A stretch of 64,000 nt of DNA from Alphaproteobacteria bacterium (GCA_009784235.1 WRCC01000001.1:177506-241505); one strand, 5' to 3'; shown: positions 30,399 through 40,328, counted from the first letter of the stretch. Made by a program: numbers and translations. The notes: generated from the sequence alone by a model not told the origin.

Positions 30399-30417
30399 TG
30401 CATATTTAATTTTGCAA

Positions 30418-31059
30418 TTACTCAATACAACAATTAACGGCGTTTTTTACCCAATTGCCCAGCTTGGATGTTAAACCGGTATTTGCAGATGTGGCGGCAA
30501 CAGATGCAACAGATTTTGCCGGCGCGGATTGTTTTGATTTGGCCCCGGATTTAACATCGCCGACCCAAATGTCCAAACCATGCGGTAATTTGTCTTCGAT
30601 TTTTTCGGTGCCTTTTAAATCGATAAGATTCATATTTATGCCCCAAAACAGCGAATACAATTCGTACGCTTTGTTGAACATATCGTATGCTTCTTTTTTG
30701 TCCCCGGCGCCCAGTGCTTTCGTTCCAACTTCCATCAATCGCATTGATGCGGCCAGCAAGTGTTTCGATATGCACCATACTTCGCCGCCATCATGACCAT
30801 CGCGGTCAACCACGCGTTTCATTAATTCACCGCGCATATCACGAACAATGTTAATCAGGTCATAGAATCCCGGTTTGCCCGTTTTACCGCCGCTGAAAAA
30901 GAAGTGTTCTTCCAATGAAACCAAATTCATCAGGGCAATCGTCAAATCTTGGTCGGATGACAAATCCAGCGGATTTTTTTTCTTTGCATTGTCCGCTTTT
31001 TCAATCAATTGTTCCAATGTTAATTTTTTTTCGGATTTCTTTTCGATTTTTTTTGCCAT
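30418..31059 (-). CDS. hypothetical soluble protein
   Basis: 213 aa, Lys-rich N-terminus, no signal peptide, no recognised domain; ends ...NAVNCCIE. Confidence 0.4.
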   Translation of the reverse strand: MAKKIEKKSEKKLTLEQLIEKADNAKKKNPLDLSSDQDLTIALMNLVSLEEHFFFSGGKTGKPGFYDLINIVRDMRGELMKRVVDRDGHDGGEVWCISKHLLAASMRLMEVGTKALGAGDKKEAYDMFNKAYELYSLFWGINMNLIDLKGTEKIEDKLPHGLDIWVGDVKSGAKSKQSAPAKSVASVAATSANTGLTSKLGNWVKNAVNCCIE

Positions 31060-31061
31060 GA

Positions 31062-31640
31062 TTAATGCTCCATATTTTCAACTTGTTCGATTTGTATTGT
31101 GTTCGGGCAGTCTGGTTTTGGTTTTGGCTTTATGACTTGCTGGCCGGACAGATTCAATATCGCGGCAAACAACAATGTCGCAATGGCCAACGCGCCCAAT
31201 GGCCAGATGACTTTCTGGAATTTGAACCATGATTTTCCACCGTTTTTGCGCTTTATGGTCATGTGCCATCTGGCACCGATATAGAATGCAACCGTACCAA
31301 CGATAATCCCGAACAACAGATTATCGATGCCCCACAGTGTTTCTGCGCCGAAATGAACATCGGGCAACCACCAGATAGCCGCCAGCATCGCATAATAAAT
31401 CGCAATCATCAACAGATACCAATATCCGTTTTGAACGCCCTTGCGCTTCATATAACCGGCCGTCCAGAATATAACAGACAGCATCAAGCCACCCGCCCAA
31501 ATTCCGGTAATAAAATCGTTAATGCCCAACAGCCGCATGCCTTCGAGTCCCACGCCGACGAACACAGTACATACGGGACAGACGGCATACAGGGCAGCAG
31601 GCATAAAGCACAAGGCAAGTATTGCAAATAGTTTTTTCAT
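31062..31640 (-). CDS. hypothetical polytopic membrane protein with N-proximal CPVC motif
   Basis: About five TM helices; CPVC right after the first hydrophobic segment. Start set at internal ATG 31640 (MKKLFAILAL...). Confidence 0.45.
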   Translation of the reverse strand: MKKLFAILALCFMPAALYAVCPVCTVFVGVGLEGMRLLGINDFITGIWAGGLMLSVIFWTAGYMKRKGVQNGYWYLLMIAIYYAMLAAIWWLPDVHFGAETLWGIDNLLFGIIVGTVAFYIGARWHMTIKRKNGGKSWFKFQKVIWPLGALAIATLLFAAILNLSGQQVIKPKPKPDCPNTIQIEQVENMEH

Positions 31641-31689
31641 AACTTTCCCCTTTCGTTCCGACCGAATATACATATTTTTGAATAATGCG

Positions 31690-32541
31690 TCAATGGGATA
31701 TTTTTCGAACTGCGCGAAGATGGGCGCTGCGGGCGCGTGGGTTGTGTGAAAGCTCGGCATCTGATGGCGTAAATGTCTTTAATAATTTGAATGGTGCAGC
31801 AATTGTGATGGGCAAACGTGGGTCACCAGGCGATGTCGTCCATTCGCGAAAAGTGTTTTTGACCAGTCGGTCTTCCAATGAATGAAATGTCACAATTGCG
31901 CAAATTCCATCTGGCTTTAATAATTCTGGCACTGCGGCCAACGCGGATTCGATTTCGCCCATTTCATCGTTGACCGCGATGCGAAGTGCTTGGAACACCG
32001 GCGCGATGTCTTTTGGATTATGTATTAAATCGCGCAATTCGAACGTGGTCGTGGGCAACGTGTCTTTCATAGCGCGTGCGATTGGCCCAGCTTTTTTAAC
32101 ATCACCGTAATCGGCCAAAATCCGGGCTAATTCTGCGACGGTTGAATTTTCAATCAATTCAGCGGCGGTGTGTGGCGCATTTCCCATTCGCATATCCAGT
32201 GTCGCATCAAAACGAAATGAAAATCCACGTTCCGGCGTATCAATTTGCATAGATGAAATACCCAAATCGAAAACGATTGCATCAATGATTTCTGATTTAT
32301 GATTTATGATTTCTGAAAATGGTTCGTTAATAAATTGGAATTTTCCGGGAAATTCGTTGGCCAATTTTTCTGCGATTGGTGCGACGGTCGCATCGCGGTC
32401 GAATGCAATTACGTTTGCGCCGCATTCCAAAAAAGCACGCGAATATCCGCCGGCGCCAAATGTGCAATCGACGATTGTCTTGCCATTTATATCATCAAGT
32501 GTTTGCAAAACTTCATTCAATAAAACGGGTATATGGTTCAT
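31690..32541 (-). CDS. rsmH: 16S rRNA (cytosine1402-N4)-methyltransferase RsmH (MraW)
   Basis: HIPVLLNEVL start, SAM site DCTFGAGGYS, GISSMQID motif; ATGA overlap with mtaB stop. Confidence 0.85.
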   Translation of the reverse strand: MNHIPVLLNEVLQTLDDINGKTIVDCTFGAGGYSRAFLECGANVIAFDRDATVAPIAEKLANEFPGKFQFINEPFSEIINHKSEIIDAIVFDLGISSMQIDTPERGFSFRFDATLDMRMGNAPHTAAELIENSTVAELARILADYGDVKKAGPIARAMKDTLPTTTFELRDLIHNPKDIAPVFQALRIAVNDEMGEIESALAAVPELLKPDGICAIVTFHSLEDRLVKNTFREWTTSPGDPRLPITIAAPFKLLKTFTPSDAELSHNPRARSAHLRAVRKISH

Positions 32542-33734
32542 ATTGGCGTCCCTGTGAAATACAATTCTTTGGCGGATTTGATACCGGTTAATTTTACATT
32601 CATTATTGTTCGTTCGGGAATCGGACATCCGGAAATTTTTACCGGGATGTCGTCGGGCGTGCGGCCGATATTATTTGATTCAACCAAGATTTGCGCAGTA
32701 CGCCCAATTTGCGAATTCATAAATTCGCGCATATTGGCGGCGGCAATTTCGGTTGCGATTTTAACGCGGCGCTTTGATTCTGTGCGATGCACCTGGCCCG
32801 GCATTGATGCGGCGGGTGTGCCCGGACGCGGACTGAATGGAAATGCATGCAATCGTATTGGTTTTAATTCGCGTATTAAATCACATGTTTCATTGAAATG
32901 TTCTTCTGTTTCGCCGGGAAATCCGCAGATAAGGTCCCATGAAAAAGTCACACCATTCGCGTAATTGCTTAATTCACGCACCATTTGTGTGGTATGACGA
33001 CGACCCATTTTTGCAAGTATTTCATTGCAGCCCGATTGCATTGATAAATGCATGTGCGATAACATTCGCGGGTTTTCATGCATCAAATCAACAATGCTGC
33101 GCAGCGGTACGCCCGGGTCCAATGATGATAATCGCAAGCGTTGTAAATTCGCATCATTGAACAACAGATTTTTACATAAAATTGCAATGTTTTGATAACT
33201 GGCGATGTCCACACCGGTTAAAACAATTTCACCGTATCCGTTTGCGGTTAATGCGCGTGTGGCCGCCAGAATTTGTTCATACGGAAACGATACATTTTTC
33301 CCGCGCAGAATTCGCGTAATGCAATAAGAGCACGCGTGATTGCATCCGTTTTGTATTTGGACCAGGCCCTTGGAAAGGGATGAATGTTGTAGGGGCGCAT
33401 ATTTGCGCCCCAGGGCGCGAGTACGCGCCCCTACATATTTCGTTGCATCCAGTTTATCTTTGTTATGGATGGTGGCCGCCACGCCAGGGATTTTTTCAAA
33501 ATCGCTCGGTGAATGTGTGGCGGCGCAGCCGGTTACATAAATTGGCATATCTGGGTTTTCACGGGCCAATCGTCGAACGGCTTGGCGCGATTGCTTTTCG
33601 GCTTCGGATGTCACGGCGCATGTGTTAACCACAATGCCGCGCTGGATTCCGCTGTCTGCCAACAAGCCCGCGATTTTATCCCCTTCCAGGATATTCAGGC
33701 GGCATCCAAATGGTACGGAGCGTATATTTTTCAT
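32538..33734 (-). CDS. mtaB: MiaB-family radical-SAM methylthiotransferase (MtaB-like), carrying an in-frame palindromic-element insertion
   Basis: MTTase N-domain (VNTCAVTSEAE). Radical SAM CxxxCxxC (GCNHACSYC). TRAM-like C-terminus. The linker contains 16 residues (VGARTRALGRKYAPLQ) encoded by the palindromic repeat. Confidence 0.8.
   Translation of the reverse strand: MKNIRSVPFGCRLNILEGDKIAGLLADSGIQRGIVVNTCAVTSEAEKQSRQAVRRLARENPDMPIYVTGCAATHSPSDFEKIPGVAATIHNKDKLDATKYVGARTRALGRKYAPLQHSSLSKGLVQIQNGCNHACSYCITRILRGKNVSFPYEQILAATRALTANGYGEIVLTGVDIASYQNIAILCKNLLFNDANLQRLRLSSLDPGVPLRSIVDLMHENPRMLSHMHLSMQSGCNEILAKMGRRHTTQMVRELSNYANGVTFSWDLICGFPGETEEHFNETCDLIRELKPIRLHAFPFSPRPGTPAASMPGQVHRTESKRRVKIATEIAAANMREFMNSQIGRTAQILVESNNIGRTPDDIPVKISGCPIPERTIMNVKLTGIKSAKELYFTGTPI
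33389..33436. repeat. palindromic element, composite long form, inserted in-frame within mtaB
   Basis: GTAGGGGCGCATATTTGCGCCCCAGGGCGCGAGTACGCGCCCCTACAT is 48 nt (a multiple of 3); the ORF reads through it. Confidence 0.8.
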
Positions 33735-33807
33735 TTAATTTTCTTGCTTTTGCGTAAATTATATTGCATTATAGCCGGGCTTTAATCAAATGCAAGGGGT
33801 TATGAAT

Positions 33808-34200
33808 ATGGCGCGTACAGTAAATTCCGATACATTACCATTCGTCAGCAGCCGTTATGAACTGGGCATGCTGTCGTCCCAACGCGTGCGCAATCTGAAT
33901 GGTGGCGCGGCGCCCGTAATCGAAACATACGGCGATAAACCGCCGGTTATTGCGCTGCGCGAAATTGCTTCGGGCAAATTGTCCGTTGAACAATTGCGCC
34001 ATGAATTTGTGCAATCTTATAAAACAATTCCAGTCGCAGATGAAACCGAAGGCGCGATTGAATCGAAATCCGAAGACCCATCCTTGCGCGAATTGGACGC
34101 CGAATTGGAAGACGCCATCATCGCCGAAGACGAAATGGTTGCCGAAGAACTGGAAGATGTTCTGGACGATTCCGTTATGGATTCCGGTGCCGAAGAATAA
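33808..34200 (+). CDS. rpoZ: DNA-directed RNA polymerase omega subunit with acidic C-terminal tail
   Basis: MARTVNSDTLPFVSSRYELGMLSSQRVRNL...PPVIALREIASGKLS matches the RpoZ core; Asp/Glu-rich C-terminal extension. Confidence 0.75.
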   Translation: MARTVNSDTLPFVSSRYELGMLSSQRVRNLNGGAAPVIETYGDKPPVIALREIASGKLSVEQLRHEFVQSYKTIPVADETEGAIESKSEDPSLRELDAELEDAIIAEDEMVAEELEDVLDDSVMDSGAEE

Positions 34201-34230
34201 TAATAAAAATGCCCCGTTCGGGGCATTTTT

Positions 34231-36552
34231 TTACATATAAACACACTTTGTCGGTTCGTTACATTTGTATTCATCGATTGCTGTCTGTGGCCATGATATG
34301 AAAACACATTTTGTGGGTTCATTACATTTGTATTCGTCTATTTTTGTCGCGTCGCTGGTTCTGCGTGCGCCACCGAAACTGTACCGAATACCCAATCGCC
34401 CGGATATTGCACGGAATACTTGGCCGTATTCGTATTGAGCGTCAAAATACATATATGACCGTTCGGACATGCCAACATTAAGGCCGGCTGTGACTTCCGC
34501 GCCAAATCCGGATACGTCGGATTTCATCGGCACGCCTTGAAAGTCAATTTTCGTCGCGCCGTCCCATTCGTTGTACAGACCCAGCTCTATAAACGGTCGC
34601 CACGTTGATTCACGCCCGGATGGTAAATATGTTGTTTGCAACGCAATTTTTGTTTCCACACTGCGCGTATTGCCGTATGTTATCAAGTCTGCAAAATTCG
34701 TTCTGTGGCTGTGTCGGCCACTGTGCGCAAAACGCAACTCTGCTTTTGGTTCCCATGCGAACATTGAATTTCCAGTGCGCATTTGCGCCCAGTTCGGCGC
34801 CACGCTGAACATCTGCTTGCCGCCTTCCAGGCTTGCTGTATAAAAATTCCGATTTGCGTCATATTCAACCCGATGTCCACCCGCAGTAATATTGGTCAGC
34901 GACATATTCGCCCAAAAATGACGCAGCGTCGCATCGGCAAACCATCCGGATTGACCCAACCACGTCGCATACAATCCAATTGTGGGCATACTGGTCTTGC
35001 CACTGCCGTCAAATGCGTTGGATTGTCTGATACGCTTGTCATTTGAATACTGATATCCACCCATTACGCCCAGGTACACGCGACCGTCGCCCGCAGGAAC
35101 ACGGAAATCAGCGCCGCCTTCGAACCCATACAGGTTCACGGTCGCATTGATATGTTCGTCCACTTCCATATGTCGTGCATATCCACGCGTCCAAACGCCG
35201 GGTTGTCCGGCACCGCCATCGGTGCGTAAATCGCCCAAGCGCACGCGCAGCTCGTTCATGCCGGCGCGAATCATGGCCAGATGCATCGCCGGAACGTTCG
35301 CAACTGTATTTCCGGTATCGGACATTCCAGGCCTGCCTTTTGGATTAAATGTAGTACAATTCCCAAATTCATCGCATTCGATGTCACCGGTGATACCACC
35401 ATTACCATTGACCAGGTACCAGTTATCATCATCTTTTTTAACCAGATACCAATTCAAAGGACCGGCATCCAGAACGCCTCCTTTCAGGGCAAATGTCGCA
35501 TCGCGTATGCTGGCATCCGAAGCATCTACAACCAGTACTTTGTGATTTAAAGTATTTTTAAAGCCGGTAGTGGTCATCATGCCGACAATCGTGTTTCCGG
35601 CGGACGCCGTATCCAGAATTTTCAAAACGTCCGACGAAATTCCATTGGTCTGCACAAATAAATTTGCGCCATCGGACATATAGTTGTTCAGCGTCAAAGT
35701 ATTAAACTGCGTTCCCGTGGCCGCACGCAAGCTGAGCGCAGAGCCGCCGTGCATATTCAGTGTGCCGGCCATGCTGGTGTTAAAAAATCGCAATGTCGCA
35801 CTGTCTGCCACGTCTGTGTTGCCCATAAAAAAATTATCGGAATACACATTTACCGCACCAACCATATGTTGGAAATCGCCGACATATCCGCTGTTTTGCG
35901 AATCTGCGCCGAAAACGATTGTGGACTTACCGTATTTTGACATTGTAACGGTTTCATCTTTGGAACGAATCCCGGAATTGAAATATATCGTGCCGCTGTT
36001 GCCGTTTATCGACATATCCGTGCCTGCGGCCAGATATATGTCATTAAGGCCACCGCCGTCACGATTGTTTTCAAACGATATAACCCCGCCGGTTACGGTT
36101 AACTTTATAAATTGTTCTGCATATACGGCGCCGCCCAAGCCAAGCGATTCATTATTTCGAAATATTGTGTTGTTATCAATATTGAGGTGGGAATACCCAC
36201 CGCCGCCATGACTGTTTATCGCGGCGCCGTTGTCGGTTGTGAAAAAATTAACCATCGTCAAATTATTACCAACGGAAATGCTGCGCATTGCACCCGGTGC
36301 AGTGGATTGCAGCAATCCCGAATAAATCCCACCGCCATCCAGAGTATGCTGGTTGCCAACAATGGAAAAGTGATGATTGAAATATGTTGCGTCCGCGTCT
36401 GTAAAATTTTGCGTAAATAAAGCATTGCCAGCAAGTTCTATGATGCCAACGCCGTCAAGCAGTTTCGTCCGAAAAGAATTAAAATCGGCGGCTGCATCAA
36501 ATCCGGTCGCCATGGCGGTTACAACTGCGATAATTGAAATTTTTCTGCGCAT
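34231..36552 (-). CDS. autotransporter with Pmp-like beta-helical passenger and C-terminal beta-barrel; unusual ~47-aa tail with a tandem duplication
   Basis: Signal peptide MRRKISIIAVVTAMATG. GGA[IVL]/FxxN-type repeats (GGAVYAEQF, FENN). Barrel-like C-terminal region ending ...RLGIRYSF followed by an extra tail containing IDEYKCNEPTKCV twice (30-nt direct repeat at 34240-34330). Confidence 0.65.
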   Translation of the reverse strand: MRRKISIIAVVTAMATGFDAAADFNSFRTKLLDGVGIIELAGNALFTQNFTDADATYFNHHFSIVGNQHTLDGGGIYSGLLQSTAPGAMRSISVGNNLTMVNFFTTDNGAAINSHGGGGYSHLNIDNNTIFRNNESLGLGGAVYAEQFIKLTVTGGVISFENNRDGGGLNDIYLAAGTDMSINGNSGTIYFNSGIRSKDETVTMSKYGKSTIVFGADSQNSGYVGDFQHMVGAVNVYSDNFFMGNTDVADSATLRFFNTSMAGTLNMHGGSALSLRAATGTQFNTLTLNNYMSDGANLFVQTNGISSDVLKILDTASAGNTIVGMMTTTGFKNTLNHKVLVVDASDASIRDATFALKGGVLDAGPLNWYLVKKDDDNWYLVNGNGGITGDIECDEFGNCTTFNPKGRPGMSDTGNTVANVPAMHLAMIRAGMNELRVRLGDLRTDGGAGQPGVWTRGYARHMEVDEHINATVNLYGFEGGADFRVPAGDGRVYLGVMGGYQYSNDKRIRQSNAFDGSGKTSMPTIGLYATWLGQSGWFADATLRHFWANMSLTNITAGGHRVEYDANRNFYTASLEGGKQMFSVAPNWAQMRTGNSMFAWEPKAELRFAHSGRHSHRTNFADLITYGNTRSVETKIALQTTYLPSGRESTWRPFIELGLYNEWDGATKIDFQGVPMKSDVSGFGAEVTAGLNVGMSERSYMYFDAQYEYGQVFRAISGRLGIRYSFGGARRTSDATKIDEYKCNEPTKCVFISWPQTAIDEYKCNEPTKCVYM

Positions 36553-36646
36553 GATAATCCTTTCTTGTATATCTACATAGGATATCATACCCAAGACATT
36601 TTTCCAAGCCATGAATAAAATAACAGGGGCGGATGCCCCTGTTATA

Positions 36647-39286
36647 CTAGAACTTGTACTTTAACGTCAACATTCCGGTGTTATCCGCGTAACTTTCGCG
36701 GAAACGACCGATATAGTTTGCAGATATATCAACCGAATCCATCAGCGACATCGTGACACCTGCCCCGACTTCCAATGCTGTACGGTCCAATCCGCGGCCA
36801 GCGACCGTAACCACCGAACCATTCGCCATCGTCATCGTAGCAAATACATTGCTGGTCGAAAAGTCGTATGTCATGCCAACATATGCTTCGGGACGCAGTG
36901 CCAGGTTGCGTATTTTGTAATCATACGCGGCTTTGACACCCACGATACCGGTAAAGTAATCGGCTGTACTTTCGTGCATGTATGACCCAGTCGAATCCCA
37001 GAACGCCAGATTATCGACGTTGATATAACGCGCACCGAATTGCGGTACAAGCGCCAAGTTTTTCGTCGGCATCAGTTCATATCCAGTGACTGCTTGCATT
37101 GCGAATGTGTTCACGCTGTGTTCAGAGTTTAAAATTGTTCCGCCGATATTTCTATCTTCGTCATAATTGCTGAACGTATATGATGCGATACCATTAATGA
37201 ACCATTCCATCGGTTTGTATTCTGCGTATGCAAGCACGGAATTCGATTGGATTTTGGTTTCACGCGATGTTGGTGTGACTTTTGTATTCGTATGTGCATA
37301 CCCGATACCAAGCTTTGTCGAAGTTGTCACATTACTTTCCAAACCGCCCGCGACCCCCCATGATTTTGCATCAAATCCATTTTCACCGCGCAGGCGTGCA
37401 TCGTTGGCCAATCCTTGAGCCCAGATGGATATTTCACCGCGCTTGAAATCACCGGATGCCATACCACGCGTTGCGACGCCGCCGGCGAACCGTGTGCCGA
37501 CCGCATCAAAGACTTGGACTGCATGACTGTTCGATACATGTTGGATTTTCGGTGCCGCACTGGGGCCATATCCGGATACAGCCAACAATCCAGCCGCAAC
37601 AACCGCGTCGTCATCGTGGTGCAACATATCCATTATATTATCCCACATGGCATCAAATGCCGCGTGGCCGGATTTGTCGCCACCAATCAGTCCGTTGATG
37701 ATTGCTTGCTGGTTTGCATTTGCACCAATTGCACCGGCATTCACAAACATATCGAATTGACCGTTGCCCAGATAGACCAAGTTATGTTTGCCGCCGAACG
37801 TATCGACTGAATCAAAATCGCCAACAAAGTTATCAACGTCGAACAATTGCAATCCGCGACCATAAAGTCCGCCGCCGACATTCAGAAACAAATTGTTGTT
37901 GCCGCCGGATAAATCAATCGTACCGCCTTGGATAACCGTTGTGCCGTATTTAACGACCAGGTCAACATTTGTAAATGCGATATCGCCTGTACCACTGATA
38001 CCACCGTCAAACGATACTGTGCCATTTTCAAATGCCAGCAAGCCACCGTTTTCGATATCATTCAAAATACCGCCGGCATAATTGTTTTCAAATAAAACAT
38101 CGCCAGTGAACAACATATCGCCCCAGTTATGAATTGCACCGCCGTCGCCGGATGCAGTATTGTTGCGGAATATCGCGCCGTCGCCGATTGTTACGTCCGA
38201 ACCACCATTTGCAATCGCACCGCCGACAGATGCGCTGTTACCGTCGAACAATGCATTTGCGCCGATATCTGTGTTCATGTATTCCAGATACATCGCACCG
38301 CCGGCACCAACGCCCGGTGCAACACCATTCGATTGGTTACCAATAAAGCGCGCGCCATTGCCGATAATCAAATCACCATTGCGTGCGTATATTGCACCAC
38401 CGGCATCACCGGTTGCTGTGTTGCCGCCGAACAATGCATCATCGCCGATTTCCAGTGAACCGCTGGATGAAAATATTGCGCCGCCGGCGTATGCTTCGTT
38501 CAACGAGAATTCTGCATCATCACCGATTGTAAGATCGCCGGTGTTATTTATCGCACCGCCAAATCCGAATGCGCCGGTTGCTTTGTTGCCGACAAACTTC
38601 GCACCGTTTGCAATATTCAAGAATGCAACACCGCCCCAATTTGAATTATGTATCGCGCCGCCGTTCAAACCGCGGTTGCCCGAAAACAAAGCATTGTCGC
38701 CAATATTTATTATGCCATCAAAACTGGTAATTGCGCCGCCATTTGCCAATGCAGTGTTGTTTGAAAATATCACATCATCGCCGATTTGTGTTATCGCCGC
38801 TGGGTCAAAATTATTCCATACGTAAATTGCGCCGCCGCTGGATGTTGATGTGTTGCCAGAAAATTCAACACCGTTTTCAATGTTCACATTAACGCCGTCC
38901 AGATACAGAACACCGCCGCGGCTGGCCGCAACATTATCTCTGAATTTTACGCCGTCTTTGATGGTTAATTTGCCCGAACCGACCGCGCTGTCCATATATA
39001 TCACACCACCGGATTCCAGCGATGTATTATCGTCAAATTCCAGTCCAGAGTTTATTGTTACATCTTTTCCATTGCTGGCTTCGATTGCGCCACCATGTGG
39101 GCCCGTTTGTCCGGATATTCCATCCACAATTATGACGGGTGCGCCGCCACCCACGACAATTCGTGCCGCATTTGCAGGTGCCGCCAATGACAATGACGCC
39201 ATCAACGCGCACGGCAGCGCGCATTTGCGCAAAGCAACGCGATATTGATTCGACAATTCTTTGATTGCTGTTTTTGATTGTTTCAT
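36647..39286 (-). CDS. polymorphic-membrane-protein (Pmp)-type autotransporter
   Basis: At least 12 GGA[IVL] motifs (GGAIYVW, GGAIHNS, GGAIFSS, GGAIYAR...) alternating with FxxN (FSGN, FVGN, FIGN, FDGN, FENN). C-terminal ~300-aa beta-barrel ending ...MLTLKYKF. Confidence 0.8.
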   Translation of the reverse strand: MKQSKTAIKELSNQYRVALRKCALPCALMASLSLAAPANAARIVVGGGAPVIIVDGISGQTGPHGGAIEASNGKDVTINSGLEFDDNTSLESGGVIYMDSAVGSGKLTIKDGVKFRDNVAASRGGVLYLDGVNVNIENGVEFSGNTSTSSGGAIYVWNNFDPAAITQIGDDVIFSNNTALANGGAITSFDGIINIGDNALFSGNRGLNGGAIHNSNWGGVAFLNIANGAKFVGNKATGAFGFGGAINNTGDLTIGDDAEFSLNEAYAGGAIFSSSGSLEIGDDALFGGNTATGDAGGAIYARNGDLIIGNGARFIGNQSNGVAPGVGAGGAMYLEYMNTDIGANALFDGNSASVGGAIANGGSDVTIGDGAIFRNNTASGDGGAIHNWGDMLFTGDVLFENNYAGGILNDIENGGLLAFENGTVSFDGGISGTGDIAFTNVDLVVKYGTTVIQGGTIDLSGGNNNLFLNVGGGLYGRGLQLFDVDNFVGDFDSVDTFGGKHNLVYLGNGQFDMFVNAGAIGANANQQAIINGLIGGDKSGHAAFDAMWDNIMDMLHHDDDAVVAAGLLAVSGYGPSAAPKIQHVSNSHAVQVFDAVGTRFAGGVATRGMASGDFKRGEISIWAQGLANDARLRGENGFDAKSWGVAGGLESNVTTSTKLGIGYAHTNTKVTPTSRETKIQSNSVLAYAEYKPMEWFINGIASYTFSNYDEDRNIGGTILNSEHSVNTFAMQAVTGYELMPTKNLALVPQFGARYINVDNLAFWDSTGSYMHESTADYFTGIVGVKAAYDYKIRNLALRPEAYVGMTYDFSTSNVFATMTMANGSVVTVAGRGLDRTALEVGAGVTMSLMDSVDISANYIGRFRESYADNTGMLTLKYKF

Positions 39287-39512
39287 TTTTTATCCTTTGT
39301 TGGGGGGATTGCTCGACGCCATCCTAGGAAGCAAAATGTGTAAAGTCAGTAGGTATGATTTCATCTATACAAAGACAAAAATAAAACGCGCATCCGGGGG
39401 CTTTTAATCATGAAACAATCATAATATAATTGACAAAAATGTAAATATTTCTTGACTGTGCGATTTTTTTCGGTACAATGAAGTTGTTTAACATTTAAGT
39501 CTGGGGGACAAA

Positions 39513-40280
39513 ATGTCAAAATTTAAACAAATATTTCCATATAATTGGAAATCTGCGGCACTTGTATTACTGGCGCCAATGGCCATGAATTTCATGTGCC
39601 AAAAAAATCCAAACGAAAATCGTGATTTTCCCAGTTCTTGGAAACCACAACCAAAAGAACCGGTTGTTCAAACACACCTGGACACATTGCACCGCACCGC
39701 GCGCAGCAGAATAAATAGCGTGCACGGGGGAGAGCCTTATCTTAAAGACATATGGGACAGTGGCTTTTCTGTTGCCCAGAGAGAGCTTAATCTCCAAGGC
39801 AGTCTTTCTATGCGTGACACCTGTTTAGTCGCCAACACCGTGCTATATAAGCATGAGGGGGATGTGGGGATATTCCATATACGGTATTTTACAGAAAGAA
39901 ATGTCAACAATGCTATCGTGGCGAACAAAAACTATATGGATTATTGGCAGTTAAGAGAATATGCGAAAACAGCCGCAGGAATTACAATTGATAACACAAT
40001 CGACCGATGGTCGTGGGTTACGGGACTTCGTTTTGACAAGATTCATGAATGGCTGGCCATTAACAAATTGAACGGTATCGCGTTTACAAATTGGGTGAAT
40101 ACAGAGTTTCAAAAGAAAAGACAAGAATTTATAGATGCCCAGCTTTCCGCGCCAAAAGATGACCGCGATGTTCCTATGATTGGTACATACAGAATGTCCG
40201 ATTGTACCGGACTGAAAAGATATGACGCCCCATTTCCGCTTTGGTACGAAGTAAAATCTAAAGAACGCACATCGGCGTAG
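39513..40280 (+). CDS. hypothetical secreted protein (AT-rich region)
   Basis: 255 aa, N-terminal signal-like segment, no recognised domain; local GC is low. Confidence 0.4.
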   Translation: MSKFKQIFPYNWKSAALVLLAPMAMNFMCQKNPNENRDFPSSWKPQPKEPVVQTHLDTLHRTARSRINSVHGGEPYLKDIWDSGFSVAQRELNLQGSLSMRDTCLVANTVLYKHEGDVGIFHIRYFTERNVNNAIVANKNYMDYWQLREYAKTAAGITIDNTIDRWSWVTGLRFDKIHEWLAINKLNGIAFTNWVNTEFQKKRQEFIDAQLSAPKDDRDVPMIGTYRMSDCTGLKRYDAPFPLWYEVKSKERTSA

Positions 40281-40305
40281 CATCATGCGCGACGAAAATA
40301 TACAA

Positions 40306-40328
40306 GGGGCGCAAATATGCGCCCCTAC
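40306..40328. repeat. palindromic element, short form (GGGGCGCAAATATGCGCCCCTAC); bidirectional terminator between convergent genes
   Basis: Inverted repeat GGGGCGCA/TGCGCCCC; family member. Confidence 0.8.

Noticed and set aside
30323-30425. Upstream part of track ORF 28035-30425 (MSNCKIKYAGGANMRPILF…)
   Set aside because: Translation of the palindromic element at 30378-30398; real start with signal peptide is ATG 30323.
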